The notes below the pieces were generated by a model, which had not been told where the DNA came from, searched no databases, and saw nothing but the letters and a program-made list of their open reading frames with translations. 64,000 nt of DNA. It comes from Rhodosorus marinus CCMP1338 (Eukaryota > Plantae > Rhodophyta). How positions within the stretch are numbered: the stretch's first letter is position 1; each line of letters starts with the position of its first letter. The stretch spans positions 3,742,664 to 3,806,663 of the forward strand of contig JAMWBK010000001.1 in NCBI GenBank assembly GCA_029953675.1, read 5' to 3'. Of this stretch, positions 1-11,907 are shown one piece after another. The position numbers and the translations under genes were made by a program.

Positions 1-266
1 TCGGAAGGCCAGGGCGGCTCATGCAAACCGAGGTATAAACGTAGAGAAGTGCGCACTTCGAAATCTGTCAGTGTGAGTGGCGGAAAAGCGGGGACGCTCA
101 TGAGCCACTGTGAGCTGATACACCCTGCCATTTGTTGCATTTGATAGAACCGATACTACCCTTGATCTTAGCCAAAAGGCCGAGAAGATAGTCCTTCCAC
201 TATGATCCATGCAGCAGCCGGGGTACAACAGCCCCATGGACTCGTCACCTCCATCTTAACCCTCTT

Positions 267-2461
267 TACTGGACTTTACTAGCATAGCCTGAAGCGCTAC
301 GCAAGGCGTGAAGATGAACTAATAACTAGGGAGGGAAGCATGCAACCCCAGGCGCCGATGGCGCGCCTCGGAAAGCATGTCGCTGGAATATCGCCAAAGG
401 GAGACACTTAAACGCCTCAAGAGCGCCAAATATTCAGTAGGATGCTCAGCAAAACATTTCCGCAACCACTCTAAACCCGACTTATCCACGTGACCAAAGC
501 TTTCCACAATGAATGGCTGGAACCGGTGAGAGCGACCCTCAGCGCAAGGCAGACTGGCCATGCTCTCAGCATACCGTCGTTCCTTAACTCTTCGAAGGGC
601 TGAAGCCGCGGCCCCCCGGCGGCGGGCGGCTGCGGTGAGGTGGGCGCTGGCCACGGGGCAGGTAATCGCAAGGTCCACATATGTTGAGCGTCTGGCAGCA
701 GCGTCGGAGACGAGGAGATCGGCTATACAACGGGGCGGTGCAGAGTCCGAGATGGATCTGGGCAGTTCCGACTCAACCTCAACCGTATGCCCTATCCGAG
801 TCAAAAATTCGCTGAGGATGTACTTGAGGCGAGTGTGACGCCTCGTACGGAGACCTCGCAACAGTCCGCAGGAACCCAGGAAGTGGTAGCCACAAGCGTC
901 AATCCGGCTCTCACATCCCTGACAGAAAGACGGCCGATTAGAGTGCCACGGAGCCTGTGGCAAACCGAGATAGATCCGTGCGGCAGAACGGAACTGGAAA
1001 GCATCGAGACGATGACTCAATGACGACGGTAGAGTGGTTAACCACAAGTGCGAGAGGTGGCCTCCCATGCCGCGGAGACGAGCGGCAGTGGTAGGCGGCG
1101 TGAGAGGAGAATTGAGCATGACTGTGTGAGCGGCACTGTGTTGGCCCCAGGTGAGGCTATGTTGAATTACATCAGCGCGGGAGCTCCACAATCGGCTCAA
1201 ACCCGGGTAGTCTGCAACAGGGGACCCGGGGCTAGCCTCTCCGTCATCGGCAAGAACTCGGTCGAGGGGACAATCCTCAATCGCTTCAGCTCGTCCCCAT
1301 ATCAGCTCCCTCCAGGAATGAAAGCGGGACCGATTTGCGTCCGGCACGGCGTTGCACCTCCTGAACGCGTGTTGAAGACCATCATAAATTGTCAAAAGCG
1401 GGGGCGGCAGGGTCACTGGATCCTCGTTGGTCAAAGCTCGAGCCAAGAGGCAGGCACTTCGCATCTGGAAGGTCACCAACGTTCGCAGCGCGGTAGCCCA
1501 GGAGGCAACCGCCGCTGGCGAGCATACCAGCCCACGGTCTGCGACGCCGAATCCCCCTAATCGCAACGGTAGAGCGATCTGTGCCCGAATTAAGTCCCTG
1601 TCGGGAGCAGCTTCAAGATCGAGGGGCTCATCCAAGAGCGTTCCCCAGTGTTGCAGGGTCATTTCGTCGGCTTTAGCCGCGATCCACGAGCCCCAAGCTG
1701 GAGGCAGGCTGCGCAACCAGTAGTTGAGTCTGGGACCGGCACAAAAGCGGGAAAGCAAGCAGGCCGATTGCAGCATGCTGTCGGGTAGGTGCTCAATGGC
1801 GTCGGTGAGTTGCTTGTGCCGTGCCAAAACTCGCTCGCAGGATGCTTGGACAAAGTTGTCAGTCCCCAATCCGACGCCGTGGTGTTCGAACCCTTCACGT
1901 TCACTGATTAGTCGCAGCGTGGGTGGCAGAGAGTTCAGCGACACGTCCCTCGCGGGGAGAAAGCGACATTTTTCTGTTTCCACAGTCAAACCGACGCGAC
2001 GTGCAATCGCTTCGATCGCGGTCAGTCCCCTAGCCAGGGTGTCAGGGGTGCCCAGCAATGTTACGTCATCGTGGTACGCGCAGATTCGAAGATCCGAGAC
2101 CTCAGTCGAAAGACGTAAAAGTACGAGCTGTAGGGCACAGGCATGAAGAAGAGGTCCGCAAGGGTCGCCTTGTTGGACGCCAGTATGTGCTTGAAAAACA
2201 GTGCCCTCCGTTGTCAAGTAGGGGAGGCTCTCCCCTCCGTAAATACCCGATAGAAACGGCCACGCCTCCGGAAACACACGTCGGAGCACCTCTAGCGCAT
2301 GCGTCCGCGACACGCTGTTGAATGCGTTCCGGAAATCAACCACCAAGACTCCCCACTCCGGCCTACTGGCGCGTTCTAGCTCGATCCCATGGGTGATCAG
2401 TTCGCAACCCCCAGAAAATCCCACCCCTACTTGCAAGGGCGCCATAAAAGCTAAGGAAAAA
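267..2461 (-). mobile_element. CRE-like (RT + restriction-like endonuclease) non-LTR retrotransposon, family A; 5' part missing
   Basis: Carries the 708-aa ORF below. Its 3' UTR ends ...GCTAGTAAAGTCCAGTA, and the same terminus recurs near 15480, 28000 and 37736. The 5' side abuts the family B element at 2462. Confidence 0.9.
319..2445 (-). CDS. Family A ORF2 (partial): reverse transcriptase, CCHC knuckle, PD-(D/E)xK endonuclease
   Basis: Motifs LQVGVG, VDFRNAFN, GVQQGDP, AYHDD (RT); CQGC-x9-H-x4-C followed by RTRRH; ADLLV..YVDLAIT..K..Y..FQPFIVESFG (REL). The RT N-terminus is absent. Confidence 0.9.
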   Translation of the reverse strand: MAPLQVGVGFSGGCELITHGIELERASRPEWGVLVVDFRNAFNSVSRTHALEVLRRVFPEAWPFLSGIYGGESLPYLTTEGTVFQAHTGVQQGDPCGPLLHACALQLVLLRLSTEVSDLRICAYHDDVTLLGTPDTLARGLTAIEAIARRVGLTVETEKCRFLPARDVSLNSLPPTLRLISEREGFEHHGVGLGTDNFVQASCERVLARHKQLTDAIEHLPDSMLQSACLLSRFCAGPRLNYWLRSLPPAWGSWIAAKADEMTLQHWGTLLDEPLDLEAAPDRDLIRAQIALPLRLGGFGVADRGLVCSPAAVASWATALRTLVTFQMRSACLLARALTNEDPVTLPPPLLTIYDGLQHAFRRCNAVPDANRSRFHSWRELIWGRAEAIEDCPLDRVLADDGEASPGSPVADYPGLSRLWSSRADVIQHSLTWGQHSAAHTVMLNSPLTPPTTAARLRGMGGHLSHLWLTTLPSSLSHRLDAFQFRSAARIYLGLPQAPWHSNRPSFCQGCESRIDACGYHFLGSCGLLRGLRTRRHTRLKYILSEFLTRIGHTVEVESELPRSISDSAPPRCIADLLVSDAAARRSTYVDLAITCPVASAHLTAAARRRGAAASALRRVKERRYAESMASLPCAEGRSHRFQPFIVESFGHVDKSGLEWLRKCFAEHPTEYLALLRRLSVSLWRYSSDMLSEARHRRLGLHASLPSY

Positions 2462-2709
2462 CAGTTTTTGGTTTCGTGAGGGTGTATGGTGCTGGCTTTT
2501 GGTGGTTTTGAGTCGCAATTGTGTTCTTCGGTGGGAGGCGCTTCTTTCTGCAGCCTTTCCCCCGCATCTTCTAGTGGTGTGGTGCGTGCTGGGGGTTGCT
2601 AGCGCCCCTTGGAGGTCATGGTGGTTTTTCTTTGGTTGCAAACGTTGGGAACAAGTTCTCTTTTTGGGGGTTTCGTGGAGGAATCGGTTTTTCACACCTT
2701 CCAATCGTT

Positions 2710-4007
2710 ATGGTTGGGGTTTCCCCACCCATTCCGGCGGACGGAGCCGTTCTCTCAGCGCGCGTGGAGCTCTGCGTGGGCGGGTTTAGTACCGCGGCCA
2801 CCCTCACGGACTGCGCTGACGAGTTAGCCCATGGGATCTGCTCGAAACTGACGAGTCTTCTTGTGACTGCTTCCCAGGAACACCGCCTGCCCCTGCTGAT
2901 CGCCTATTTGGAGCGCTTCTCCGCCTCCGCGCCTGCCCCATACCCCCGGTGCCCGTCCCCGCGGATCCGCACGGTACAGCGGGGCCTGCCTCCACCCGAC
3001 CCGAGCGCTCCGCTCCGGTCATTCCTGATTCCGACTGGCCTACCCCTATTCAAGGACAGACGCCTCCTGGGCCCGCGTCGGGCCCGAATCCTGCTCCCTC
3101 CAGTGCCCCACGTGCGACCTATTCGCAGGTCCTACGCAGGGGCTCTTCTGAACAACGCACGACGGCAATGGTGCGTATGATGCCACAACACATCCCTATT
3201 GACTCTTCTCGCCAACTATCTCCGTTCCACTTTGTTTGGATGACGAACGTGCGTCCCCAGACCCCCTCTCGTGGTCGGGGCCGCGCGCCCGTCCACTACC
3301 GCGATTTTCGCGACACCATGGCTTCCTCCCTTGGGGTCGCCCCGTGTGAATTCCTATATGTGGACTTCACGGGCCCTCATGCCTGTTTTCTTGTTACTGA
3401 CTCGGCTTACCAGTTCCTTCAATCGCTTGTAACCACCCCCGCGCCCCAGCGCTCTGCTCTGGCCAACATGATACTGACTCGTCCTCATGTCTCTTTGCTT
3501 GTTGAGTTCGATCGTTTTGACGCCGGCTGGGTTCCTCCGTCGGCCTTGCAAAACCTGGATGCCTCGCAGGCTTCGGTTGTCGCGCTACACACTCATGCGG
3601 CGCGGCTCTCGCGCATACAGGCGAGCCTCTTCGCGCGTTTTCCTCCTCGCGGGGTCCTCCGCACCACGCTAGAGGCCTTCCTCTCCACTGAGGCCACCCT
3701 GCTGGAAGCTCACCCTGCGTTTGACCTTCTGCCGCCGACTCTTGAGCACCCTTCCTCCCCTCGCCTTGTCTCCGAGGCTCGTGACACCGACATGGCAGAA
3801 GCACCATCGGCCTCTCCGAATCCGCTGGCTCTGGACACCCTCAGTCAAGACTCCGCTGCTGAAAACCCTGTGTCTACTTTCTTCAGGTCTTTTAGTTCCT
3901 TCGTGCGCCCTCCACGTAAGCGTCGTGCGGCTCCTGAGCCTCCCTCCGAGGCACCTCCTCCGGATATTCGATCTGCCTTCCCGACTGAGGGGAGGCCCGA
4001 TGTCTGA
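2710..4007 (+). pseudogene. Family B ORF1, split by a 1-nt difference in a C run near 2944-2948
   Basis: ORFs 2596..3180 and 2949..4007 join into the uninterrupted ORF seen at 19221..20633 (C5 here, C6 there). The start MVGVSPP at 2710 is inferred from homology with MAGVSPP near 16880. Confidence 0.8.
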
Positions 4008-7000
4008 GTCTTCCTCCTCCGCGTGCGTGTCGTCCCGGTTACCCCTGTTTACCGAACGAACGAATGGTTTAATCGGAGGCTGAAAAAAAAAACCCCGAGG
4101 GGAAAAAAAGACTAAGCGCGGCGAAGTACTCGCGCCTCCAACATCAAAGCGGCATTCATGCGCCACAGCAGGAAACACCCCAGTGACCGCTCAGCCTGGC
4201 ATGAGCGTGTTCTCTCGTGGTTTTCGCACCTTGTCGCCTCCTACCCGGACGGTTCCCTTCCCCTTTGTCGTCAGAGCACGGCCGTACGGCTCCCTCGTCG
4301 ACTTCATAAGCCCCTAGGATTGGTGTTGGATTTTCTCTGGCAGCAGGTCGCCGCGAACCCTCACTGCTCTCTTCGCTGGGAACTCTTGTTCTTTTTTCCC
4401 CGCCTCGTGCTCACCTCCTCTACCGTCCCCCTCAACCCACATCCTCGCCGGGTCCACCCTCGCCGAAAACTGCAAATGTTCCTCTCCGGCGACTTTGAGG
4501 ACCTCGAACGTCTTTATTTCGCTTCTCTCTCTTCCTTTTCTCCTAGTGATCCCTCAGCTTTTAGGTCTTCTCGACAGAATCGGGCGCGTCACGCGGTGGC
4601 AGGCGGTGATCTGCGGCGGGCAGCCGGGATCCTCCAGCAGCGGCAACCTGTGGTTCCATACTCCGATGATCTTTCTTCACCGCTCCGTTTGCTCTTTCCC
4701 TCGGAAGGCTTCCCTTGGGACTCCTCGTTTGAATCAGTGTTGGAAGAGTACCGCGCCGCGCCACATCCCAGTGCGCGGTTAGTGGTCAATCTGGAGGCGG
4801 TGCGTGAGTTGGTTCATGATGCTCCGAAGGGCCGTTCCCCAGGGCCCTCGGGGCTGCGGGTGGAATATCTCCGTTTCTTAAGTGATGAAGGTTTGAAGGC
4901 GTTGGCGTGGGTGGTCGAAGCGCTTGTGAATGGTGATCCCCTGTGTGAGTGTGCGTGGTTCTTGGTCGGGCGTTCTCAGTTGTGTCTGCTTTCGAAGCCC
5001 GGCCACACGGCCTCGAGCCCTGCTATTCGCCCTATTGGCCTGGTTGAGGTGGTCCGCAAATTGGCGGCGCGATGGTTAGTGAAAATCCTGGTTCCCGAAT
5101 CCCGTCGTTTCTTTGGGCACGTGCAGTTAGGCGTGGGCTATCGTGGTGGCTGTGAGTTGTTGTCTGTTTTACTCCGTTCGGAAATGGCGTACTCCCCAGA
5201 TTCTGGGCTCCTCTCTGTAGATTTTACCAATGCGTTCAACCGCGTCTATAGTCCGGCTCTCATGCACGTGGTGCGCGAAGTCTTCCCTGTAGGCTTTCCC
5301 TTTGTTAGTAGACTTTATTCTCCGCTTGGTCGTGGGGCTACCTATGACACCCTTGGCGCTTCCTCTCACACGTTTGCGGCGCGCACAGGGGTACAACAGG
5401 GTGATCCCTTGTCCCCTTTCCTACATGCCTGTGGACTACAACTCGTCTTGCTTTGTCTTCGCTCCGAATTCCCGCAGGTTCGTACGGTTGCATACCACGA
5501 CGACGTGTGCCTCCTGGGGCCCCCTGATACTCTAGCACTCGCTTATGATCGTCTCCGCTCCTTGGCTTCGCGGGTTGACCTGGAGGTTAATCATCACAAA
5601 TCGTTCTACTGGGGAGGTGTAGCTGCACAAGAGCAGCAGGTACCTGCGTCGTTCCAGGATATTTGGAGACCGGATGGTTTTGTCCACTTAGGCATCCCCT
5701 ACGGGTCGCCGTCCTTCGTTGAAGGCGAGTTGCTGCAGCTCCTCGGTAAGCACAGACAGCTGGTTGCAGAGCTTCGACGGCTACCTCCGGGCTTTCTCCA
5801 GTGCTCGTTGTTGCTGTTTCGGTATTGTTGCAGTCAGCGGTTAACCTATTGGCTTCGCTCACTTCCAACTCATTGGGGCCGGTGGTTGGCCACTCGTGCG
5901 GATGCTGAAAGTTTCCGTGACCTGGGGTATTTTCTCGATGAAGAGCTGAGCGCTCTGCCGCGACCCACCTGTGATGTTGTGCGCGCCCAGGTAGGCCTCC
6001 CATTGCGATTGGGGGACTGGGCCTCTGCAATCGTGTTGTGGTCCAACCTGCAGCCGCAGTAGGGGCCTGGGGAACCGCACTTCCCACTTTGAGCAGCTTG
6101 GGTATCTCGAAGTTCCGCAATTTGATGGCGAGCCTCTCGCGGGGTGTCTTGCTTCCCAGCGTACCGGAAAGCGCCCAAGACTTGTTTCTGGAGCTCCAAA
6201 CCGCCCTGAATTCCTGTACTAGTCTCCCCGAAACCGTTCAACCCCGTCTTCCTGACTGGCGAGCTGTATTTGACCGCTCTCGAGGCTCCGCCCCGGGGAT
6301 TCGTCCTGCGCCTGAACCTGTTCTAGGGGAGATTGACCCAGTGGTTGCCGCAGAAGAAGAAGTTCCAGTTGATCCTCCTGATGATTCCCAGCGCGCTGGG
6401 AGCCGAGCTCAAGCACGCACGGATGCGCTGCAAAATATCCTTTCTTGGGACTTGCACCGTGCTGCATATGGCCGACTCCTCGCGCAGATGGTCTCATCTT
6501 CTCGCGCTCGCGCCCGCCTACGTAGTCTTGGAGGGGTTATTAGCTCTCAGTGGCTCATGACCGTACCAGCCTTTCCGCCACTCACACTGTCGGATTTCGA
6601 AGTGCGTACTTCACTGCGCTTATACCTCGGCTTACATCAGCCCCCTTGGCCGTACGAGATGGGTTCGTCGTGCCCTCTCTGCTCTCAGACTGAAGACAAC
6701 GCAGATTTTGGCGCCCACCTGCTCGCTAGTTGCCCGGCGGTGAAAGGTGCTCGAACCCGCCGCCACACACGGATCTTGAACCTGTTATACCGGGAACTTC
6801 GGCCTATAGTCCGGCAAGCCGGTCTGGAAATCGAACGTGAGAAACCTTTACCCGTCGCGGACTTTCAAAATGATGAACGCCGTGTAGCCGACCTGGTGAT
6901 CACCTGTGACGACAGCCGCCGTACCACATACGTTGATCTTGCTGTTCCTAACCCTCAAGCTAGTCGTTATCTCCCGGCTGCGGGGGAGCGCCGTGGATCT

Positions 7001-7270
7001 GCCGCCGCCAGCATGAGACGCCGCAAAGAGATCAAATACGCGGGGGCTTTGTCTTCCCCTGGTGTTCGTGCTTCGGCACTAGCACATCGCTTGGTACCCC
7101 TGATCATTGAGTGCTTTGGGTTCATGGACTCTGTTGGTTCTCGCTGGCTTCGGGAGTTGTTCCGCGAACGCCCTGACCGTCTTCAATCGTTGTTTACCCG
7201 TTTAAGTTTCCTGCTGTGGCGCATGAATGCCGCTTTGATGTTGGAGGCGCGAGTACTTCGCCGCGCTTAG
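4000..7270 (+). pseudogene. Family B ORF2 (RT, Zn knuckle, REL) interrupted by an antisense insertion and a frameshift at the G run 6011-6015
   Basis: Motifs PGPSG, IRPIG, VDFTNAFN, GVQQGDP, AYHDD, CPLC..H..C and ADLVI..YVDLAV..IIECFG. Adding one G restores LGGLGLCNRVVVQPAAA and joins ORFs 4158..6062 and 6038..7270. Confidence 0.85.
4053..4176 (-). mobile_element. 124-bp 5'-truncated family B 3' end inserted antisense into family B ORF2
   Basis: Reverse complement of about 7205-7329; the same insertion is present at 19052-19175. Confidence 0.9.
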
Positions 7271-7329
7271 TCTTTTGTTCCCCTCGGGGTTTTTTTTTTC
7301 AGCCTCCGATTAAACCATTCGTTCGTTCG

Positions 7330-7827
7330 GTGAAGGCGCTGGCATAGCCACCTCCCGGCTAACTTCCGTAGGCTCTCCACCATCTCGATCGGCCGGAGAC
7401 GCGGGTGGGCCGGCTGGTGGTCAGGTTTCGTGAGCAAGCAAAGCTGTGCCTGCCGGAGATGTTCCCATGGCGCAGACGCACCCGATACGCCCTGGAACAA
7501 CTTGTTAAGGATCCTCAGAAGCGCGCTCTGGCCAGGCTGGCTCAGGGCCTGCAATAGCTCTGTTCTTAGTCCGGAGGGTCCGGGACAGCGTCCCCGACGC
7601 GAGGTACGAAGCAAATCCTCCAGGTCAGACTCACTGAGCGTCAGATCGATGCGAAACCTGGCCAACTCCGGACGGTCCAAGAATACCTCGAATTCAGGGG
7701 ACAAATCCACGTCGGACTCAGGGAACAAAGACGACACCGTCTGGGCGAGACTATCATCGTAGGGGAGGACTGGCGCCTGGCCCTCCAAAACCCGCGCCGC
7801 TCGACTTAAATCGCCCACTGCTACCAA
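7330..7827 (-). mobile_element. RT N-terminal fragment of a further CRE-like family (C)
   Basis: GDLSRAARVL..RRGRCPGPSGLRTELLQAL..LRPIEMVESLRK; a close homolog lies at 45441-45674. Confidence 0.8.
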
Positions 7828-7879
7828 TGGACGTGTCGAAGAAAACCCTTCCAGGCTCTTCGACTCTTTTTGTGAATGA

Positions 7880-8700
7880 TCCTTCCGCAGGTTAGCGGCT
7901 ATACTAACATATCCTGATGCGCTACAAAAGATGTAAAGGGAAACTAGGGACTAGGCAGAAGAGCATGCAAGGGCAGGCGGCGGTGGCGCGCCTCGGCGAG
8001 CATGTTGCTAGAATACCGCAGAGGGCGACACCAAAACGGCGGAGGAGCACCAGATGTTCTTCTGGATGTTCGGTGAAGTATTTGCGCAGCCACTCCAAGC
8101 TTAACTTTTTCAGATGCCCAAAGCTTTCCACCATGAAAGGTTGGAACCTGTGAGACCGGTCCTCTTCCACGGGAATACTGGCCATGCTCTCAGCGTACCC
8201 TCGTTCCTTCACCCGGCGAAGTCCGCTGCGTCCGATACCAGGAAATCTGCTTTCCAAGGGGGAGGAGTGGTTGCGGAGGGTATTCGAGGCAGTGCCGATT
8301 CCACCTCGACCGTGTAGCCAAATCTTGTCAAGTGCCCGCTCACGATGTATTGCAGACGCGTGTATCTCTTCGTGCGATGACCTAACAGCAGTCCACACGA
8401 GCCCAGGAAGTGGTACCCACATCCATCTATGCGGGTCGCAAAACCTTGGCAGAAGCAAAGGCGGTGGGAATGCCAAGGGGCCTGTGGCAAACGGAGGTAG
8501 ATGAGTGCCGCGGTCCGGAACTGGAAGGCGTTCGATCGTTGGCCCTGTGATGAGAGCAAAGTGGTAAGTACTACTTCGATCTCGCTTCGTGCTCGTGTCC
8601 TGGTTCCCCGGGACAGCCTCGCATGGACCCGGGTCTTGAGTTCCCGGGCGCTGAGAGGCTCCGCGTACGGCCTGCACGCCTCCGTCAATACCGTTAACCC
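7880..8700 (-). mobile_element. Degraded family A-like 3' fragment (Zn knuckle/REL region)
   Basis: AFQFRTAALIYL..CQG..GCGYHFLGSC and RFQPFMVESFG, spread over frameshifted ORFs. Confidence 0.75.
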
Positions 8701-8737
8701 CTTTATATCCAATTTGTAATTCTACTCCGAAATTCCA

Positions 8738-8830
8738 CCCCTTGACTACCGCAACCGTAACCTTTTACTGGGTAGCTGCCTTATGCTGCGCACACTAATT
8801 CGAGTACTATCTAGGGTGAGACGGGCCTAA
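8738..8830 (-). mobile_element. Family D-type 3' terminus followed by a degenerate telomere unit
   Basis: The minus strand reads ...GGCAGCTACCCAGTAAAAGGTTAC GGTTGCGGTAGTCAAGGGG, matching the D terminus and telomere junction at 44660-44700. Confidence 0.6.
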
Positions 8831-8932
8831 CCCCACACGCTGGGTGCTCTAGCTACGATAAAAAGAAAAATAAGGAATCACTGGTTGGTCCGACTGATTC
8901 ACACGAAGAGCTGCTAACGCAAACTTTTTAAA

Positions 8933-8949
8933 CCCGGACTAACGTAACC
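8933..8949 (-). repeat. Single interstitial telomere unit (C-rich strand on +)
   Basis: CCCGGACTAACGTAACC versus the telomeric CCCAGACTAACGTAACC (one mismatch). Confidence 0.6.
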
Positions 8950-11663
8950 GTGACAACTTCACTAAACCACTCCCTAGCAATCGTGGCCACTCCTGCATTC
9001 TCTCGCCAGCGCTCTCCGTTTCATCTCGTCTGGATGACGAACGTGCGCCCCCAGACCCCTTCTCGTGGTCGGGGTCGCGAGCCCGTTCACTACCGTGATT
9101 TCCGCGATACGATGGCCTCGTCACTTGGAGTCGCTCCATCTGAGTTCATCTATATGGATTTCAATGGACCTCATGCCTGTTTCCTCGTCACAGAGTTTGC
9201 TTATGAATGCCTTACCTCGCTTGTCGCCATCCCTGAGCCCCAGCGCTCTGCCTTGCAAACACGACACTGACTCGTGCCCACGTCTAATTGTTTGTTGAGT
9301 TTGACCGCTTCGACGCAGGATGGGTTCCCACGTCGGCGCTGTAGAGCCACCCTTCCACGCAAGCTCCTGTTATCGCACTGGAAACTCATGGTGCGCGACT
9401 TTTACGCATCCAGTCGAGCCTCCTTGAACGCTTCCTGCCCCCCGTGGAGTCCTCCGCTCGGCGTTAAGAGGACTTCCTCGCCGCTGAGGCCGCTCTGATG
9501 GAAGCTCATCCGGCCTTTTACCTCTACCGAGCGACTCCTGCCCGCCCTCCTCCCCTCGACATGTGGGCGGCCCCATCGTGCTCCTCGAATCCGCTGGCTT
9601 TGGACACCCTCAGCGAAGACTCCGTTCCTGACAATCCTGCATCTGCCTTCTTTAGGTCTTCTAGTTCCTTCGCCCGTACACCACGTAAGCCCCGTGCCGC
9701 CCTGAGTCACCCTCAGAGGGCCCCCCACCGGATACCCGCAACGCCTCCGCCGCTGAGAGGACGCCTGATGTCTGGGTCCTCTTACCCCGCCCGGGTGTCA
9801 CCCGTGTCCGTCCTGTTCGCCGATGCCCCCTCCACCTGGCGCGAGCGCGTTTTCTCGTGGTTCTCTGACCTTATCGCCTCATTACCGGGTGGTGCCATTC
9901 CCTTGTGCCGTCAGAGCCCAACTGTACGGCTCCCTCGTTGTCTGTACTAACCTTTTGCGTTGATCTTGGACCTCTTATGGCAGGAAGTTTCCGATCACCC
10001 TCAATGCTCTCTTCGCTGGGATCTCCTTTCCTTTTTCCTCGCCTCGTGCTCACTTCCTCTACTGTCTCGAGCACTTCGTCTTCCCGCCGTATCCACCCTC
10101 AGCGCAAGATGCATTTGTTCCTATCCGGTGACTTTGAAGAGCTCGAGCGCCTCTACTATGTTTTCCTCTCTTCCATCTCTACCTGTCCCCTGTCAGACCT
10201 CAAGTCTAGCCAACAACGGGCACGTCACGCTGGGCAGGCGGTGATCTCTTGAGGGCTGGGAGTATCCTCCAGCAACGGCAACCTGTGGTCGAGTATTCAG
10301 ACGATCTTGCTTCTTCGCTACACTCGCTTTTTCCCGCAGCAGGCTCTGGGTGGGACCCGTCTTCTGACGCGGAGGTGGAAGCGGTCCAAGTAGCGTCCAA
10401 TGAAGGCGAGCGGCTGGTGGTCACCTCTGAGGCTGTGCGTGGGCTGATCCAGCCTGCTCAAAGGGTCGTTCTCCTGGGCCCTCGGGTTCGCGGGTGGAAT
10501 ACCTCCGTTTTTTGGGTGATGAGGGTATGAAAGCGTGCGCGTCCATGTTGAAGGGAGTCGTCAATGGCGATCCTTTTTGTGATCGTGCATGGTTTTTACT
10601 GGACGCAGCTATCTTTGCTCTCCAAGTCGGGTCGCACTACTTCGACTCCAGCCCTTCGCCCTATTTTCATGGCGGAAGCGGTCCGTAAACTGGCAGCTCC
10701 TTGTTAGGTCCAGATTTTGGTCCCCGAATCCCTTTGCTTTTTTGGGCACGCGCAGTTGGGCGTGGGCTATCGCGGCGGCTGTGAATTGCTATCAGCACTC
10801 CTTCGCTCGGATCTGGCCTACTCACCGGACTACGGGTTATTATCTGTAGACTTTAGCAATGCTTTTAATCGTGTCTCTCGATCAGCCATTATGCATGTGG
10901 CGTGCCAGGTCTTCCCGGTAGCTCTTCCCTTAGCTAGTACTCTTCACCCTTTGACGGGCCAAGGGCCAACTTATGAAACCCTCGGCCATTCCTCATACTC
11001 CTTTGAGGCGCGGACCGGGTTCAACAGGGTGACCCGTTGGCGCCGTTTTTGCACGCCCGTGGGCTTCAGGTCTTTCTGCTTAGCCTGCGTTCAGAGTTCC
11101 CGGAGGTCCGCACAGTGGGTTAAAAGGATGATTTCTGAATCATTGGGCCTCCAGATACCGTCGCGGCGGCGTACGATCGTGTCCGTACACTGGCATCCCT
11201 CGTCGATCTCGAAGTCATCATGCGAAGTCGTTCTACTGGGGAGGAGCGGATATTCAAGAGCAGCAGGCCCCCGCGCGTTTCCGAGATAGTTGGCGTCGGG
11301 CAGGGTTTGTCCACCTAGGCATCCCCCATGGGTCCGCGTCGTTCGTGGAGGGTAAGTTGTCGCAGATTCTGAGCAAGTACCTGTAGCTGGCCTCGGAGCC
11401 CAGTCTGCTGCCTCGCGGATTCTTGCAATGCTCGTTGTTGCTTTATCGATATTGTTGCAGTCAGCGGCTCACCTATTGGTTCCGCTCGCCCCCGAATCGC
11501 TGGGGCCGGTGGCTGGCAAGCCGTGCGGACGACGGGAGCTTTGACTAGCTGGGATATTTCTTAGATGTCGAGTTGGGCATCTTCCGCGCCCCAACCGTTA
11601 TATCGTTGGCGCCGAAGGGGGCCTACCCGTACGCCTGGGCGGTCTAGGCCTTTGTAACCGAGC

Positions 11664-11907
11664 ACATCGCTTGGTACCCCTGATCATTGAGTGCTTTGGG
11701 TTCATGGACTCTGTTGGTTCTCGCTGGCTTCGGGAGTTGTTCCGCGAACGCCCTGACCGTCTTCAATCGTTGTTTACCCGCTTAAGTTTCCTGCTGTGGC
11801 GCATGAATGCCGCTTTGATGTTGGAGGCGCGAGTTCTTCGCCGCACTTAGTCTTCTTTTCCCCTCGGGGTTTTTTTTTTTCAGCCTCCGATTAAACCATT
11901 CGTTTCG
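11664..11907 (+). mobile_element. 5'-truncated family B 3' fragment flanked by the 11-bp target-site duplication TGTAACCGAGC
   Basis: Near-identical to about 7083-7325. TSD copies lie at 11653-11663 and 11908-11918. Confidence 0.85.

Larger units (their letters stand above)
2462..7329 (+). mobile_element. CRE-like non-LTR retrotransposon, family B, near full length (5' UTR, ORF1, ORF2, 3' UTR with (TTCG)n tail)
   Basis: The 5' boundary is shared with the inverted copy ending at 20768. The 3' end CCCCTCGGGG-T-run-CAGCCTCCGATTAAACCATTCGTTCGTTCG recurs in many truncated copies. Confidence 0.9.

Noticed and set aside
19-237. 72-aa ORF at the window start
   Set aside because: Short, with no recognisable motif; possibly more retroelement debris.
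2462-2710. HDV-like ribozyme in the 5' UTR, as in R2 elements
   Set aside because: I could not trace the nested pseudoknot by eye; a covariance-model search would be needed.
2944-6015. Programmed frameshifts at the C run 2944-2948, the G run 6011-6015 and the run near 49150
   Set aside because: All are single-base differences in homopolymers, and the duplicate ORF1 copy is intact. Sequencing error or decay is more likely; reads are needed.
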